Positions 47,956 through 61,904 of a stretch of DNA of 64,000 nucleotides are shown here, piece by piece. The stretch is taken from assembly GCA_043228905.1 (NCBI GenBank), contig JBHGNT010000006.1, positions 21,018,001-21,082,000 of the forward strand, given 5' to 3'. Position 1 is the stretch's first letter, and each line of letters begins with the position of its first letter. The translations under genes were made by a program, and so were the position numbers. This DNA is from Azolla caroliniana. Its lineage: Eukaryota; Plantae; Polypodiophyta. The notes beneath the pieces were generated by a model. That model saw only the letters and a list, made by a program, of their open reading frames with translations, did no database searches and was not told the DNA's origin.

Positions 47956-48390
47956 TTTGGCACTAGGAAACTTCTAGGAAATGCATGATGATGCATTCTC
48001 AGTTTCTAGAAAGTTCTCGTGTTCAATATACAAAATGCATCAAGTTGAATTTTATATAAGGATGCCTAGACGGATGTAGTTCAATTGGTAAGGTTGTCTA
48101 ATGGAGACTAGGAGGTCAATTCATTAGATACCATTTACAATGGTATCTAATGAATTGAACCTCATATACATATCAACGCTCTGACAACAACTTGAATCCA
48201 ACCCTAATAACGTTGTTTCAAAATTTGATCCAATCAAAGCTTTATAAGAAACATGAAGTATGTTAGCACAATCCTCATAGTTTTGTGCTAAACTAATCTA
48301 CTTATTGAACCCTTATCACATCATTTCAAAGATGGAACCTTAATAACATAATTTCTAAAATCTGATTCTAATTAGAGCTTTATTGATACC

Positions 48391-51300
48391 TGTTGAGTGG
48401 CAAGCTCAACCGGATCCGGATCGGTTGAATAAGCCTGAGCCGGATCGGCATCTGGAAGGATGAGACGGATTGGTGAACCGGTGAGCAAGTGAGCCGGTGA
48501 GCTGGGGAGCCGGTTAGCCAGATCCATCAGTAACCGGAAGCCTAGTAGCAGCCTAGTCTACTAGGTAGTTAATGCTCATAGTTAGTGTCAGACGCTTGTG
48601 TGAGCATTGAAGTACACCATACTTCTGTTAGTCCATATGGACTTGTATAAAAGTGTTCACTAAACACATACGATGTACAGAGTATTATAGAGAACTATTA
48701 TTGTTTGGTAATAGATTTAACTTGTTCTGCTCTTTCTCTGTCTCTCCCGCATACTGTCAAGTTCTCCATTAAACCAGTGTTTCTGTATTCGGTTTTCTAT
48801 TACTTCCGCACGCTATTTGTTTTTACATGGTATCAGAGCGTGAGGGTTGAGAACCTCTGCAACCGACATAGCTTGAAAAGAAAACCAACCAAGAAGAATA
48901 GGTAAAAACCGATGGATAGAGAGGAGTGGCTAGCTCGCTTCCGACGGAGAAGCTTGACCGAAACAACTACGCATCTTTGTCCTACAAGATGCACCAGTAC
49001 TTGCTCGGGCACAGTTACTGGAGCTATGTTGACGGAGCAAATGACATAGCACCTGAATCGACACACAGAGATTTCCCGGTGTGGGAACAGTCGGCGAGCA
49101 AAGTACTTATTGCTTCGTGTCTTGTGTGGGCGAACAACTCCTAAGCTACATTCAGGATGCAAAAACGCCGAAAGATGCTTGGGGAAATCTGAAGAAGATT
49201 TTCGCCGCAAGCACTACAACCAAGAAGCTTCAACTCTGCCAAGAGCTGAGCAACCTACGACAACGCGACTTGTCGGTGGTAGACTACACCTCCAAAATCA
49301 AGGACATTTGCGACTCTCTAGCCTCCATCGATGTGAATATCGAAGAAGCCGATATGGTGCAAATCTGTCTCGGAGGTTTGGCGTCAAAATTCTGAGCGTT
49401 CCGAATTGCTCTGTGTACAAGGGAGAATACGCCGTCATTTTTCAACTTACAGTCGATGCTCCTTGTGGAGGAGAACCACGCCAGTGTGTCAACAAGTGCA
49501 GCCACTGACAGCCGGTTGTTGTACACAGAAGCAGATCAGCCCCATGGGCGTGGTGGACGAGGCGGGTCGGCTCGCAATGGTAGCAGTCGGCAAGAGCAGG
49601 ACCGAAGGCACAGAGAACGTGCCGACAACAGTTTCGGACCCTCCACAAGTAGGGGCGTCAAGGCGGTGCCGGAGGCCAGCAAGCAAAAGCCGACACAGAA
49701 TGCTGGTACTGTGGTAGAAAGGGACATAGAGAAAGCGAGTGTTGGAAGAAGCGCACCGATTTGGACAAATCCGGATCCGGCAAAGCTGGCAGAGAGAACT
49801 AGCAATACTCACACTACGCAGAAGGATCGGGAGGATCCAAAACCGGAAAAGCCGATAAAGGGCTAGCCTTGGTGATGAAACATGAGGCTAACTTGATGAA
49901 GAAGACCACTTCCAAATCTGAGGAAGTTTGGTACGTTGATTCCGGTGCGTCGAATCACATGACGAGCCACAAAGAGTGGTTCTCCTTTTTGGAGAAACCG
50001 GAACAACAAGGAGTCGTTGAAACCGGAGACGACACTCCTCACCCAATCGTGCATATCGGAGAAGTCCCTTTGAGCCACGTCGGACAGAAGGGGAAGTTGA
50101 TGAATGTATTACATGTTTCGACTATCATGAAGAACTTGGTGTCAGTCGATTAGATTGTTGACCAGGGGATACAGGTACAGTTTACGCACCATGGGTGCTT
50201 CATCGAGGAAGAGGGCCAGATTATTGCACAAGGGCGCAAAGATGGGAGGATGTTCATCCTCGACACTAATGGCGTTGGAACCGCTTTGTTCGCCAAAGGA
50301 TAGAATATTGAATCGGATATTGATCTCTGGCACAAGCAGATTGGTAACGTCAATTACTAGAGGCTTCAAGACCTGCAGACCAAACAAGTTTTCGGTTTGC
50401 TGAAGTTCAGTGGCCGGAAGGCCCAAATATGTGAAGCCTGCCAACTCGGGAAGCAACACCGGCTTCCATTCCCCACCAAACGAAACCGTAGTCGTAACAA
50501 GCTCGACCTTATTCATTCGGATGTATGGGGACCGACACAGAACATTAGTCTTGGCGGGAGTCGGTATTTCGTCTCCTTCATCGACGACTACAGTCGGCAC
50601 ACATGGCTCTATGTCATTGAGCGGAAGAGCAAAGTCTTCGAGTGTTTCCGGAACCTGCAAAGCCTGGTTGAACGGGAAACGGAGAGGAAGATCAAGTGCC
50701 TGCAGTTGGATGGCGGAAAAGAATATTTTTCTGGCCAATTCAATAGTTATCTGTAGCAAAAAGGAATTCAGAGAGAGTTCAACTGCAGATACACACCGGA
50801 TCAAAACGGTGTGGCCGAAAGGAAGAACCTGTCGATTATCGACACGGCAAGGGCAATGCTGGAGGAGAAGAGAATGCCCCATTTCTACTAGGTAGAGGTG
50901 GTCCGGATGGACGTCTATATCCAAAACTAGATCGGTGACAAGGTGTCCACGCATGAGCTGTATTTCAGACGCAAGCCGAATTTGAGACACCTTCGGATAT
51001 TCGGTAGCATTGCATATGTGCATGTGCCGGATGAGAAGCAGAGGAAGTTGGATGCAAAGTCGGAGAAATGCATACTTGTCGGTTACTCACATGAGCAAAA
51101 GGGGTATAAGTGTTATAACCCTCGGACAAAGCAGGTCCGAGTTAGCCGAGATGTTGAGTTTGATGAGACGGCATCATGGTATGCCTTACCGGCTCCGACT
51201 TCCGACCCGATACCGGAGGATGAGGCTAGTGAGCCTGAACCGGTCCAGATAGAAGATCAAGACCTCGACACTCTAGAAGAGAGTCTGATCTCATCTCGGT

Positions 51301-54123
51301 TAAGAGGAGCGAATGAGCGACTAAGTTGGGATGACCAGTCGAATGAGGAACCGGCGAGTAATGGAGACTCTGTTATGCTCTCCATGCGCAAGGAACCGAG
51401 GAGACGGTTCACGCGTAAAGAGAAGGGGAAGAAGAAGATGCTGGAATACGAAACCGGCAACGCTGAGACGGATCAGAGTGAATCCGACTCTGGAAAGGAT
51501 GAAGGTGGATCTTCGAGGATGAAGCCCAAAACGGCCAAGAAGGGCCTCAAACCGGGTAACGATAAGTTACGCCGGTCTTCCCGCCTGAAGAACCCCGTGA
51601 CGCGGTACGAGTACAATGAGTACATGGCGCATCACTATGCGTACATGACCAAGGTGGCAGAGGTGCGTGAGCCGGAGAGCTACGCAGAAGCGGCAAAGGA
51701 GGCAAATTGGCGTGCTGCTATGGAGGAAGAAATGCGGGCACTTGATGCCAACGACACATGGGACCTAGTTGACTCTCCTCGACACTTTAAACTGATTGGA
51801 TGTAAGTGGGTGTACAAGGTAAAGTACAATGCCGATGGTTCGGTTAACCGATACAAGGCTCGATTAGTGGCGAAGGGTTACGCGCAAACCCACAAAATCG
51901 ACTACGACGAGACCTTTGCTCCGGTAGCAAAAATGACGACGGTTTGTGTGGTGCTGGCGGTTGCTGCGGCAAGGGGGTGGCCTCTTCACCAGATGGACGT
52001 GAAGAATGCATTTCTTCAAGGAAATCTTGAAGAAGAGGTCTTTATGACCCAACCTCTCGGTTTCTAGAAGGAGATGAACAAGTCGGCGGTATGCCGGCTG
52101 AAGAAGTCACTTTATGGCTTGAAGCAAGCTCCCGAGCTTGGAATGCGAAGATCACGCACTGGTTGCGTAAGATGGGGTTTGCGGCCTCCACGTCTGACTC
52201 TTGGTTGTTCATCCAGCAAGGTTTGAACAGTTCGGTTTGCATCTTGCTGTATGTTGAGGATATAGTCATCACCGGACCCGGACTTGATGAAATAAGCCAG
52301 CAGTCAAGTCCCAGGTGTTGGACGTGTTTGAGATGAAGGACCTGGGGACCTTCACTATTTCCTTGGGATCGAGGTGATCCGAACCCCCGATGGCATACTA
52401 CTCTCACAAAGACACTATGTGTTGAGTATGTTGTACAAGTTCGGCATGACAGAATGGCGACTGATCTCCACGCCCCTAGACCGGAACCGGATGCTCCGTC
52501 CCGACTCCGAACCGGCCTGCGATGAGAAACGGTTTCGACAAATCGTCGGAAGCCTGATGTACTTGACGATCACTCGACCCGACCTCAGTTACCCGATCGG
52601 AGTGATCAACGAGTTCATGTAGAAGCCGACCATCGAGCACCTTCAGTGCGCACACCGGATACTCCGGTATGTGAGTGGCACGAAGGATCGAGGACTGTTA
52701 TACTAGCATGGTATCACCGAAGAGCTAGTCGGCTACACCAATGTCGACTGGGCCGGCGATGCATCGGATCGCCGATCCACCTCCGGCTATATGTTTTCCC
52801 TTGGTAGCGTGACTGTTGCGTGGAGCAGCAAAAAGCAGCCAACAGTGGCCCTTTCGAGCACTGAGGCTGAATATCGGGGCGCTACCGTTGCCACCTGTCA
52901 AGCCATTTGGCTTCGGCGACTGCTGCAAGACCTGTGGATTGAGGTGCCGACCCCGATCCTGATCTACTACGACAACATAAGCAACATGCAGCTCGCCAAG
53001 TACCCCGTATTCCATGCTCGCACGAATTGAAGTGCACTACCACTTCGTGCGTGAGCGTATCTTGAGCGGTGAAGTCAAAATTCGGTATGTTCATACGGAT
53101 CGGCAAGTTGCCGACATCTTCACCAAACTACTCAGATCAGACAAGTTGCAACACTTGAGGGGGAGAACAGGCAAAGAAAACGGAACGAGCAAAGGCAAAG
53201 AAACTGCCGATTGCGCCGGTGAGGGAAGAACCGACAAAGGCAGAGTCAAGAAGGACAGTGCTGACCGGAAGAAGAAAGCCAAGACCCGGACATGGTCCGA
53301 TGTGGTGAAGGGCTTGGAACCGGAAGACGAATCGGGAGCAACCGATTCGGACAAGAGCTGGAACGAATCGGAGATAGTCGATTCGGTTCAACAGACGGAT
53401 TCAGAAGAACCGGATCAATTCAAGGCCAAGACGACGAGAAGGCAGCAAAAGTCGACGCCAACATGAAGGAATCGGCGAATCGACAAGCGCTGAAGTCACA
53501 ACAATGAGGGAGCTGACTTGGGCCTATTTAGTAGACAAGTCGACCGAGGAGGTCGAGGTGCGCAGAAATAGAAGGGTCGCGGAAAATGGGACCGGACCGG
53601 ACGAGGAGCGCGAACGAGGCGGAGTGACACCAGAAGGAGCCGGGTGGAAGGACTGGCTCCCATGGAGACTGACACTACGATCTGACCTGAAGTTGAGCTT
53701 GAGGGGGAGTGTTGAGCGGCAAGCTCAACCGGATCCGGATCGGCATCCGAAGGGATGAGCCGGATCGGTGAGTCGGTGAGCAAGTGAGTCGGTGAGTTGG
53801 GGAGCTGGTTAGCCAGATCCATTAGTAACCGGAAGCGTAGTAGCAGCCTAGACTACTAGGTAGTTAATGTCTCATAGTTAGTGTCAGACGCTTGTGTGAG
53901 CATTGAAGTAAACCGTACTTCTGTCAATCTGTATGGACTTGTATAAAAGTGTTCATTGAACACATACGATGTACAGAGTATTATAGAGAACTATTATTGT
54001 TTGGTAATAGATTTAACTTGTTCTGCTCTTTCTCTATCTCTCTCGCGTACTGTCAAGCTCTCCATTAAACCTGTGTTTCTGTGTTCGGTTTTATATTACT
54101 TCCGCACGCTATTCATTTTTACA
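48391..54123 (+). mobile_element. Full-length degenerate Ty1/Copia element (family B)
   Basis: LTRs 48391-48827 and 53710-54123; TSD ATACC; PBS TGGTATCAGAGC (tRNA-iMet) at 48828; PPT GAGGGGGAG; [38 protein letters not shown]; many stops and frameshifts. Confidence 0.95.
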
Positions 54124-54132
54124 ATACCAAAA

Positions 54133-56720
54133 TGTTGAGAATCGAACTCAACTTCCCTTAGAGATAGTGTTCACATTAGACAATGGACATCATACTAGGC
54201 TCGTTTTGTAATTAGTAAAAAAGGCACTTGCCCTAGACTAGTTGGTATTTAAACCAACTCTTTGTAACTTAGTACCTGTTGGATGTATTCTACTTTTTCA
54301 TTGATATACAACTTCTTGTTTAAGCTGTGTGTGTGTGTGTGTTGTCCTACGATTTCACACACACAATTCACCTACGCTGCACATCATCACCTACGCCTCT
54401 CCTTCTTTACATGGTATTAGAGTGTGTGGCATTTTTATCAAACTTAATCGATTTCGTTGTGCTACACACCGACGATCAATAGAACCGGTTCAACAACAGA
54501 GAAGAAATCACCATCATGATTACTCAGATGGGAAGCGCTCTTCCTATAGAGAAGCTTGGTAGGACAAACTTCGCATCTTGGGAATACAAGATGCATCGAT
54601 ACCTTGTTAGACAAGGGTATTGGAGCTACATTGAGGGAGCTCACGAAACACAACCCAACCCAACACACGCCGACTACCCAACATGGGATCAAGCCGCAAG
54701 TCGTGTGTTGTATTGCCTTGCATCATGCGTTCATGATCACATGCTCGGATATATTCGAGAGTCGAACACTCCGGAAGAAGCTTGGGGCAATCTCAAGAAG
54801 ATTTTTGCTGCCAACACGGATGCATGTAAGCTCCAACTCCAATAGGAGTTAAACAATATGCAACAAAGGGACATGTCGATCACGAACTATACCTTGAAGA
54901 TCAAGAGCTGTGTGATGCCCTCAAATCGATCAACATCATCATCGACGATGACGAAATGGTGCAAATATGCCTCAGAGGCTTAACATCGCGATTCGGCACG
55001 ATGCTATATTTGCAAGGGAGAACCCTCCCTCCTTTTCGACCTTCAGTCAATATTAGTGGTGGAAGAAAATCATGTCTGACAAAGAAGCAACACACCAAAT
55101 AGTCAAATGCTCTACTCCTAGTCGGATGATGGAAGAGGATTCAGCTGAGGAAACAGAGGTCGATATGGCCGAGGGCGACATGGTCAGTCGACCTGAGAAC
55201 GCAACTATCACCAATGGCAAGACGATAGGAACAATCCTAGGGAGTTTGGCAGAAGGGGGAGCCATCCTGCCGGACCGAGCCATCGCAACAACCCTATCGA
55301 ATGCGTTTATTGTGGAAAGCTCGACCACTATGAAGAGGAGTGCCGAAAGAAGAAGCAAGAGTCGACTTCGACCACCTGACAACTCACAAATTATGCCACG
55401 AATTTTGATTATGATAATTATGGTGGAATGTTTGTAATGAGACACGAAGCTCATTTGATGTTGGCACACAGGGTCTGACAAGCACCTCTTCCTCAAACGA
55501 TGTATGGTTTGTCGACTCAAGAGCATCCAATCACATGACATCTCATGAAGATTGGTTCCAAGAGTTGAGAAAGCCTGATTGACCCGGCTATGTCGAAACC
55601 GGAGACGACACAACTCACTCGATTCGGCATATCGGAAATGTCTCATTCGGGAATGACGGCAAACAAACCTACCTCAAGAATGCCTTGCATGTTCCAACCA
55701 TCACGAAAAACCTACTCTCGGTCGGCCAGATTATCGAGCAAGGTATGTAAGTACGATTCAACAATGATGGGTGCTTCATTGAAAAAGACGATCGACTCAT
55801 AGCTCACGGTCGAAGAGAAGGCCAAAGGTTCATTCTCAAATCGAACGAGTTGAAGATGGCCATGTTCGCAAAAGGCCTCAAAGTCGAAACCGACTTGAAC
55901 TTGTGGCACAAGCGAATTGGCCACATAAATTTCCGAATTGGCCACATAAATTTCCAAAAGCTTAAAGGAATGCAGTCAAAAGGAGCCGTAATCAGACTCT
56001 CGACATTTACCAAAAAGGAGATTGTAGGTGTATGTGAAGCTTGTCAATTCGGCAAACAACACCGACAACCATTCCCAAAAGAGAGGAACCTGAGCAAAGG
56101 GATCCTAGATGTATTACAATCAGATGTGTGGGGACCAACCCAAACGGCAACATTCGTTGGTTGCTGATATTATGTCATATTCATTGACGACTTCTCAAGG
56201 CATACCTAGATCTATCCTGTGCGGTAGAAGAGTGAAGTGTTCAGACACTTCCAGAGGTTTAAAAACGAAGTCGAAAAAGCCACAAGTCGGCATGTCTGAT
56301 GCATTCGATAGGATGGAGGCAAGGAGTATTTCTCGGACGATTTTACAGCATATGTACATATTCCCGATATTCGGATATTCGGCTCAATCGCATATGTACA
56401 CATTCCCGACGAGAGGCGACAAAATCTCGACCCGAAGTCGGAGAAATGTATCGTCGTAGGATACTCACTTGAACAAAAGGGGTACAAATGTTACAACCCC
56501 TCTACCCGAAATGTTAGGGTGACTCCGATTCCGACAACAATCGGCCTAAATTCGGCCAACCAAGAGCTAGAGAATGAAGATCGACTCAAATAGATGTACG
56601 ACGAAAGTTCGATTACGACAAGGCCGAGCGGACCACAAGAGCCCCCGAGTGACCAAAGCACATCTCGACCGAGTCCAGGGTTAGATAAAGGAAAGGCTAA
56701 AATGCCAAATACGAAGATCT
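54133..56720 (+). mobile_element. 5' part of a degenerate Copia element (LTR 54133-54411, PBS, gag, PR, partial IN)
   Basis: TGGTATTAGAG PBS at 54412; NFASWEYKM, LWHKRIGH, SDVWGP; internal deletion in integrase. Confidence 0.85.
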
Positions 56721-56724
56721 GATT

Positions 56725-57199
56725 TGTCTCATTCTAGACTCGAACCTCTAACCTCTGACTTTTAATACACACAGTACATTGTGTTGTGATAACTATATGG
56801 AAAATCTTGTGAATTGTCCATATTCAATTATGAACTTCTATATATTGTAGAGTCTAGTGTATCTAGTACATTCAAAGAATATTCTAGTCATTAGTATATT
56901 CTATAATTATTCTGTGGTATATTCTAAACGAGTATATTCCCCAGATATTTCTCAAGTATATTGTAGAGATATTCAATCTCAGAAATTGTATAAATACTTG
57001 TAATATCCTTGGTTCCTTTCAAGGGATTCAACGCCAATCATTGACACATCAATCTAGTATTCTCGTTTCGCCCCATCTTGTCTCCTTGGTCTTTATCTTT
57101 GTCTTCATGCTCTTATGTCATTCCCAGCTTCTTAAGTTCCATGCTCTTAGCCCCATCATCTGTGCTCCACCCTAGTCCGCGCTTGGTGTGCCCATGACA
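56725..57199 (+). mobile_element. diverged chromovirus-type LTR related to 2106-2637
   Basis: Starts TGTC....CTAGACTCGAACC; TATAAATA at 56989; TTCAACGCCA shared; ends TGACA followed by GTTTGAA as in the intact element. Confidence 0.7.
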
Positions 57200-57504
57200 G
57201 TTTGAATAGCTTACAACTAGGAGCACCACCCGTCGTCATCATCGCCTTTGCTTCTAGAGTTACCATCATCACCGCCCTTGCTTCTGGAGTTACCGTCATC
57301 AACATCCTTGTCTTTGACGTCATCATTTTCAGCACCTCTTTGCCCAACCATCATCATCATCATAATTACTTGTGATCATTTTTAGGTATCATTTTGCATC
57401 ACGGTTTTGGTGAGGAGTGCTTTCGATCACTCACCTTCCCAGTTCCGGTGGGGGTCACAACCGCTCACTTTCTTGGTGGGGATTGGATCATTGCTCGCTT
57501 GCAC

Positions 57505-57900
57505 TGCATTCGCTCATGTCCGTTCGTGTTCCAGTTCTCGGTTAGGGCCGCATGGTCCCTCACGCCTATTCGTGTTTCGCTCACGTTCCAGTTCCCGATG
57601 AGGGCCACACATGATTGCTCACGTTCGTTCATGTTCCAGTTGTTGGTGAGGGCTGCATGGTTGCTCATGCCCGTTGGTGTTCGTGTTCCAACTCTCGGCG
57701 AGGACCGACATGGTCTCTCATGCCCGTTGGTGTTCGTGTTCCCTGTGAGGACCGCACATGGTCACTCACGCCCGTTGTTATTCGTGTTCCAGTCTCCAGT
57801 GAGGACTACACATGGTTGCTCACTGCAGCTCTTGTTCATGTTCCAAATCCCGGCGAGGACCGACATGGTTGCTCATGCCTGTTGTTGTTCATCTTCTAGT
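57505..57900. repeat. diverged ~50-bp tandem array (about 8 copies)
   Basis: Recurrent GAGG(A/G)C..CATGGT..CTCA(C/T)GCCCGTT..TTC(G/A)TGTTCCA. Confidence 0.8.
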
Positions 57901-57904
57901 TCTT

Positions 57905-60900
57905 GGTGCAAAGACGGGAGGATGTTTATCCTTGACACCAATGACGTTGGCACCGCTTTGTTCGCCAAAGGACAGAAGATTGAATCGGATATCGATCTCT
58001 GGCACAAGCGGATTGGCCATGTCAATTACTGGAGGCTTCAAGACCTGCAAATGAAACAAGTTGTTTTCGGTTTGCCGAGGTTCAGTGGTCGGAAGGCCCA
58101 AATATGTGAAGCTTGCCAACTCGGGAAGCAACACCGGCTTCCATTCCCCACCAAACAAAACCGAAGCCGTAACAAGCTCGACCTTATTCATTCAGATGTA
58201 TGGGGACCGGCATAGAACGCTAGTCTTGGCGGGAGTGGATATTTCGTCTCCTTCATCAACGATTACAGTCGGCACACATGGATGTACCTCATTGAGCGGA
58301 AGAGCGAAGTCTTCGAGTGTTTCCGGAACCTACAAAGCCTGGTTGAACGGGAGACGGAGAGGAAGATCAAGTGCCTGCGGTTGGATGGTGGAAAAGAATA
58401 TTTTTCCGGCCAATTCAATAGTTATCTACAACAAAAAGGAATTCGGAGAGAGTTCAGCTACAGATACACACCAGAACAAAACAGTGTGGCCGAAAGGAAG
58501 AATCGGTCGATTGTGGATGAGGTAAGGGCAATGCTGGAGGAGAAGAGCATGCCCCATTTCTACTGGGCGGTGGTGGTCTGGACGACCGTCTACATCCAAA
58601 ACCGGATGGGTGACAAGGTGTCCTCGCATGAGCTATATTTCGGGCGCAAGCCGAATTTGAGACACTTTCGGATATTCAGTAGCATTGCATATGTGCATGT
58701 GCCAGATGAGAAGCGAAGGAAGTTGGATGCAAAGTCGGAGAAATGCATCCTGGTTGGTTACTTGCATGAGGAAAAGGGGTATAAATGCTATAACCCCCGG
58801 ACGAAGCAGGCCCAAGTTAGCCGGGATGTTGAGTTTGATGAGACGGCATCATCGTATGCCTTACCGGCTCCAACTTCCGACCCTGACCCGATACCGGAGG
58901 ATGAGGGTAGTGAGCTTGAACAGGTCTAGGTAGAAGATGAAGACTTCAACACTCTAGAAGAGAGTCCGATCTCATCTCGGTTTAGTGGACCGAATGAGCG
59001 GCTTAGTCAGAATGATCAGTCGGATGAGGAACCGGCGAGTAATGGAGACTCTGCCGTGCTCTCCCCACGCAAGGAACCGAGGAGATGGTTCACGTGCAAA
59101 GAGAAGGGGAAGAAGAAGATGATGGAATACGAAACCGGCAACGATGAGTCGAATCGGGGTGAATCCGACTCCGGAAAGGATGAAGGCGGATCTTTAACAA
59201 CAAAGACCGCACCGGCCAAGAAGGGCCTCAAACCGGGTAACGATAAGTTACGCCGGTCTTCCCGTTAGAAGAACCCTGTAAAGTGGTACAGGTACAATGA
59301 GTACATAGCGCATCACTATGCATACATGACCAAGGTGGCGGAATTACATGAGCTGGAGACCTATGCAAAGCTGCCAAGGATGCAAATTGGCGTGCCGCTA
59401 TGGAGGAAGAAATGCGGGCACTTGATGCCAATGACACATGGGACCTAGTTGACCCTCCCCGACACTGTAAACCGATCGGATGTAAATGGGTGTACAAGGT
59501 AAAGTACAATGCCGACGGTTCGGTTAACCGATACAAGACCCAGTTAGTGGCAAAGGGATACGCGCAGACCCACGGAATCGACTACAACGAGACCTTCGCT
59601 CCGGTAGCGAAGATGACGACGGTTCGTGTGGTGCTGGCGGTTGCTGCAGCAAGGGAGTGACCTCTTCACCAGATGGACGTGAAGAATGCATTTCTTCAAG
59701 GCAATCTTGAAGAAGAGGTCTTTATGACCCAACCTCCCGGTTTCTAGACGGAGATGAACAAGTCGGCGGTATACCGGCTGAAGAAGTCACTTTATGGCCT
59801 GAAGCAAGCCCCCAGAGCTTGGAATGCGAAGATCACGCACCGGTTGCGTAAGATGGGGTTTGCGGCCTCCAAGTCTGACTATTCGTTGTTAATTCGGCAA
59901 GGTCCGGACGGTCCAGTTTGTATCTGATTGTATGTTGGTGATCTAGTCATCACCGAACCTAGACTCGATGAAATCTGTCGAGTCAAGTCCCAGCTGTTGG
60001 ATGCATTTGAGATGAAGGACCTAGGGGACCTTCACTATTTCCTTGGAATCGAGGTGATCTGAATCCCCGACGGCATATTGCTCTCATAGAGACACTATAT
60101 GTTGAATATGCTGTATAAGTTCGGCATGACGGAATGCCGACCTATCTCTACAGCCCTGGACTGGAACCAAAAGCTTCGTCCCGACTCCGGACCGGCCTGT
60201 GATGAGCAACGGTTCTGACAAATCGTTGGAAGCCTTATATATTTGACAATCACCCTACTTGACATCAGTTATCCGGTTGGCGTGATTAGCCAATATATGT
60301 AGAAGCCGACCGTGGAGCACCTTCTGTGCGCACATCGAATTTTGCGATATGTGAGCGGCACGAAGGAACGGGGATTGTTATACTGGCATGGTATCACCAA
60401 AGAGCTAGTTGGCTACACCGATGCTGACTGGGCCGGCGATGCATCGGATCGCCGATCCACCTACGACTATATGTTTTCCCTTGGTAGCGTGGTTGTTGCA
60501 GGGAGCAGCAAAAAGCAGCCAACAATGGCCCTTTTGAGCATTGAGGCTGAATCCCGGGGCACTACCATTGCCACCTGTGAAGCCGTCTGGCTTCGGCTAC
60601 TGCTGCGAGACTTGCGGATCGAGGTGCCGACCCCGATCCTGATCTACTACGACAACATAAGCAGCATGCAGCTCGCCAAGTACCCCGTATTCCATGCTCG
60701 CACAAAGCACAGAGAGGTGCGCTACCACTTCGTGCGTGAGCGTGTCCTGAGCGGTGAAGTCAAACTTCGGTATGTCCATACAGATCGGCAAGTTGCTGAC
60801 ATCTTCACCAAACCGCTCGGATCGGACAAGTTGCAACAATTCACCGAAATGCTTGGTGTTCAACATCTCGATGTGCCACACTTGAGGGGGAGAACGGGCA

Positions 60901-61894
60901 AAGATACCAGAACAGGCAAAGGCAAAGAGACTGTCGATTGCGCCGGTGAGGGAAGAACGGACAAGGGGAGAGAAAAGAAGAAGAAAGGAGCCGAGTCCGA
61001 ACAGGCGGCAGTGTCGACAGAGGCAAGAAGGACAGAACCGACCGGAAGAATAAGTCCAAGACCCGGACATGGTCCGATGTGGTGAAGGGCCTCGAACCGG
61101 AAGACGAATTGGGAGTGACCGATTCAGACAAGAGCTGGAACGAATCAGAGACAGCCGATTCGGAAGAACCGGATCATGTCAAGGTTGAGAGGACGAGAAG
61201 GTAGGGAAAGTCGACGCCAACATGAAGGAATCGGCGAATCGGCAAGCGCCAAAGTCACAGCAGCGAGGGAGCTGAATTGGGCATGTTATGCAAACAAGCT
61301 GACCGAGGAGGTCGAGGCACGCAGAACCAAAGGGGTCGCGGCAAACGGGATCGGACCGGACGAGGAGCGCGAGCGAGGCAGAGTGACACTAGAAGGAGCT
61401 GGGTGGAAGGACCGGCTGCCATGGAGACTAACACTATGATCCGACCTCAAGTTGAGCTTGAGGGGGAGTGTTGAGCGGCAAGCTCAACCGGATCCAGATC
61501 GGCTGAATAAGCCTGAGCCAGATCGATATCCGAAAGGATGAAGCCGGATTGGTGAGACGGATTGGTGAGCCGGTGAGCCAGGGAGCCGGTTAGCTGGATC
61601 AAACAGTAACCGGAAGCCTAGTAGTAGCCTAGACTACTAGATAATTAATAGTCTCGTAGTTAGTGTCAGACGCTTGAGTGAGCATTGAAGTACACCGTAC
61701 TTCTCTCAGTCCTCTTAGGACTTGTATAAGTAGTGCTGTTGAGCACGTTTTATGTACATAGAACTATTATTGTTTTGTAATAGATTTAAGTTGTTCTGCT
61801 CTTTCTCTGTCTCTCCCGCATACTGTAAAGCTTTCCATTAAACCTATGTTTCTGTGTTCGGTTTTATACTTGCTTCCACACGCTATTCTTTACA
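57905..61894 (+). mobile_element. 5'-truncated degenerate Copia family B element (IN-RT-RH, 3' LTR 61469-61894)
   Basis: Colinear and highly similar to 50230-54123; multiple stops; PPT then TGTTGAGCGGCAAGCTCAAC...TTTACA. Confidence 0.92.
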
Positions 61895-61904
61895 ATTGTC
61901 AACT

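Noticed and set aside
57394-58215. 273-aa ORF as a novel gene
   Set aside because: Chance fusion of a tandem repeat with a Copia GAG-pre-integrase remnant.
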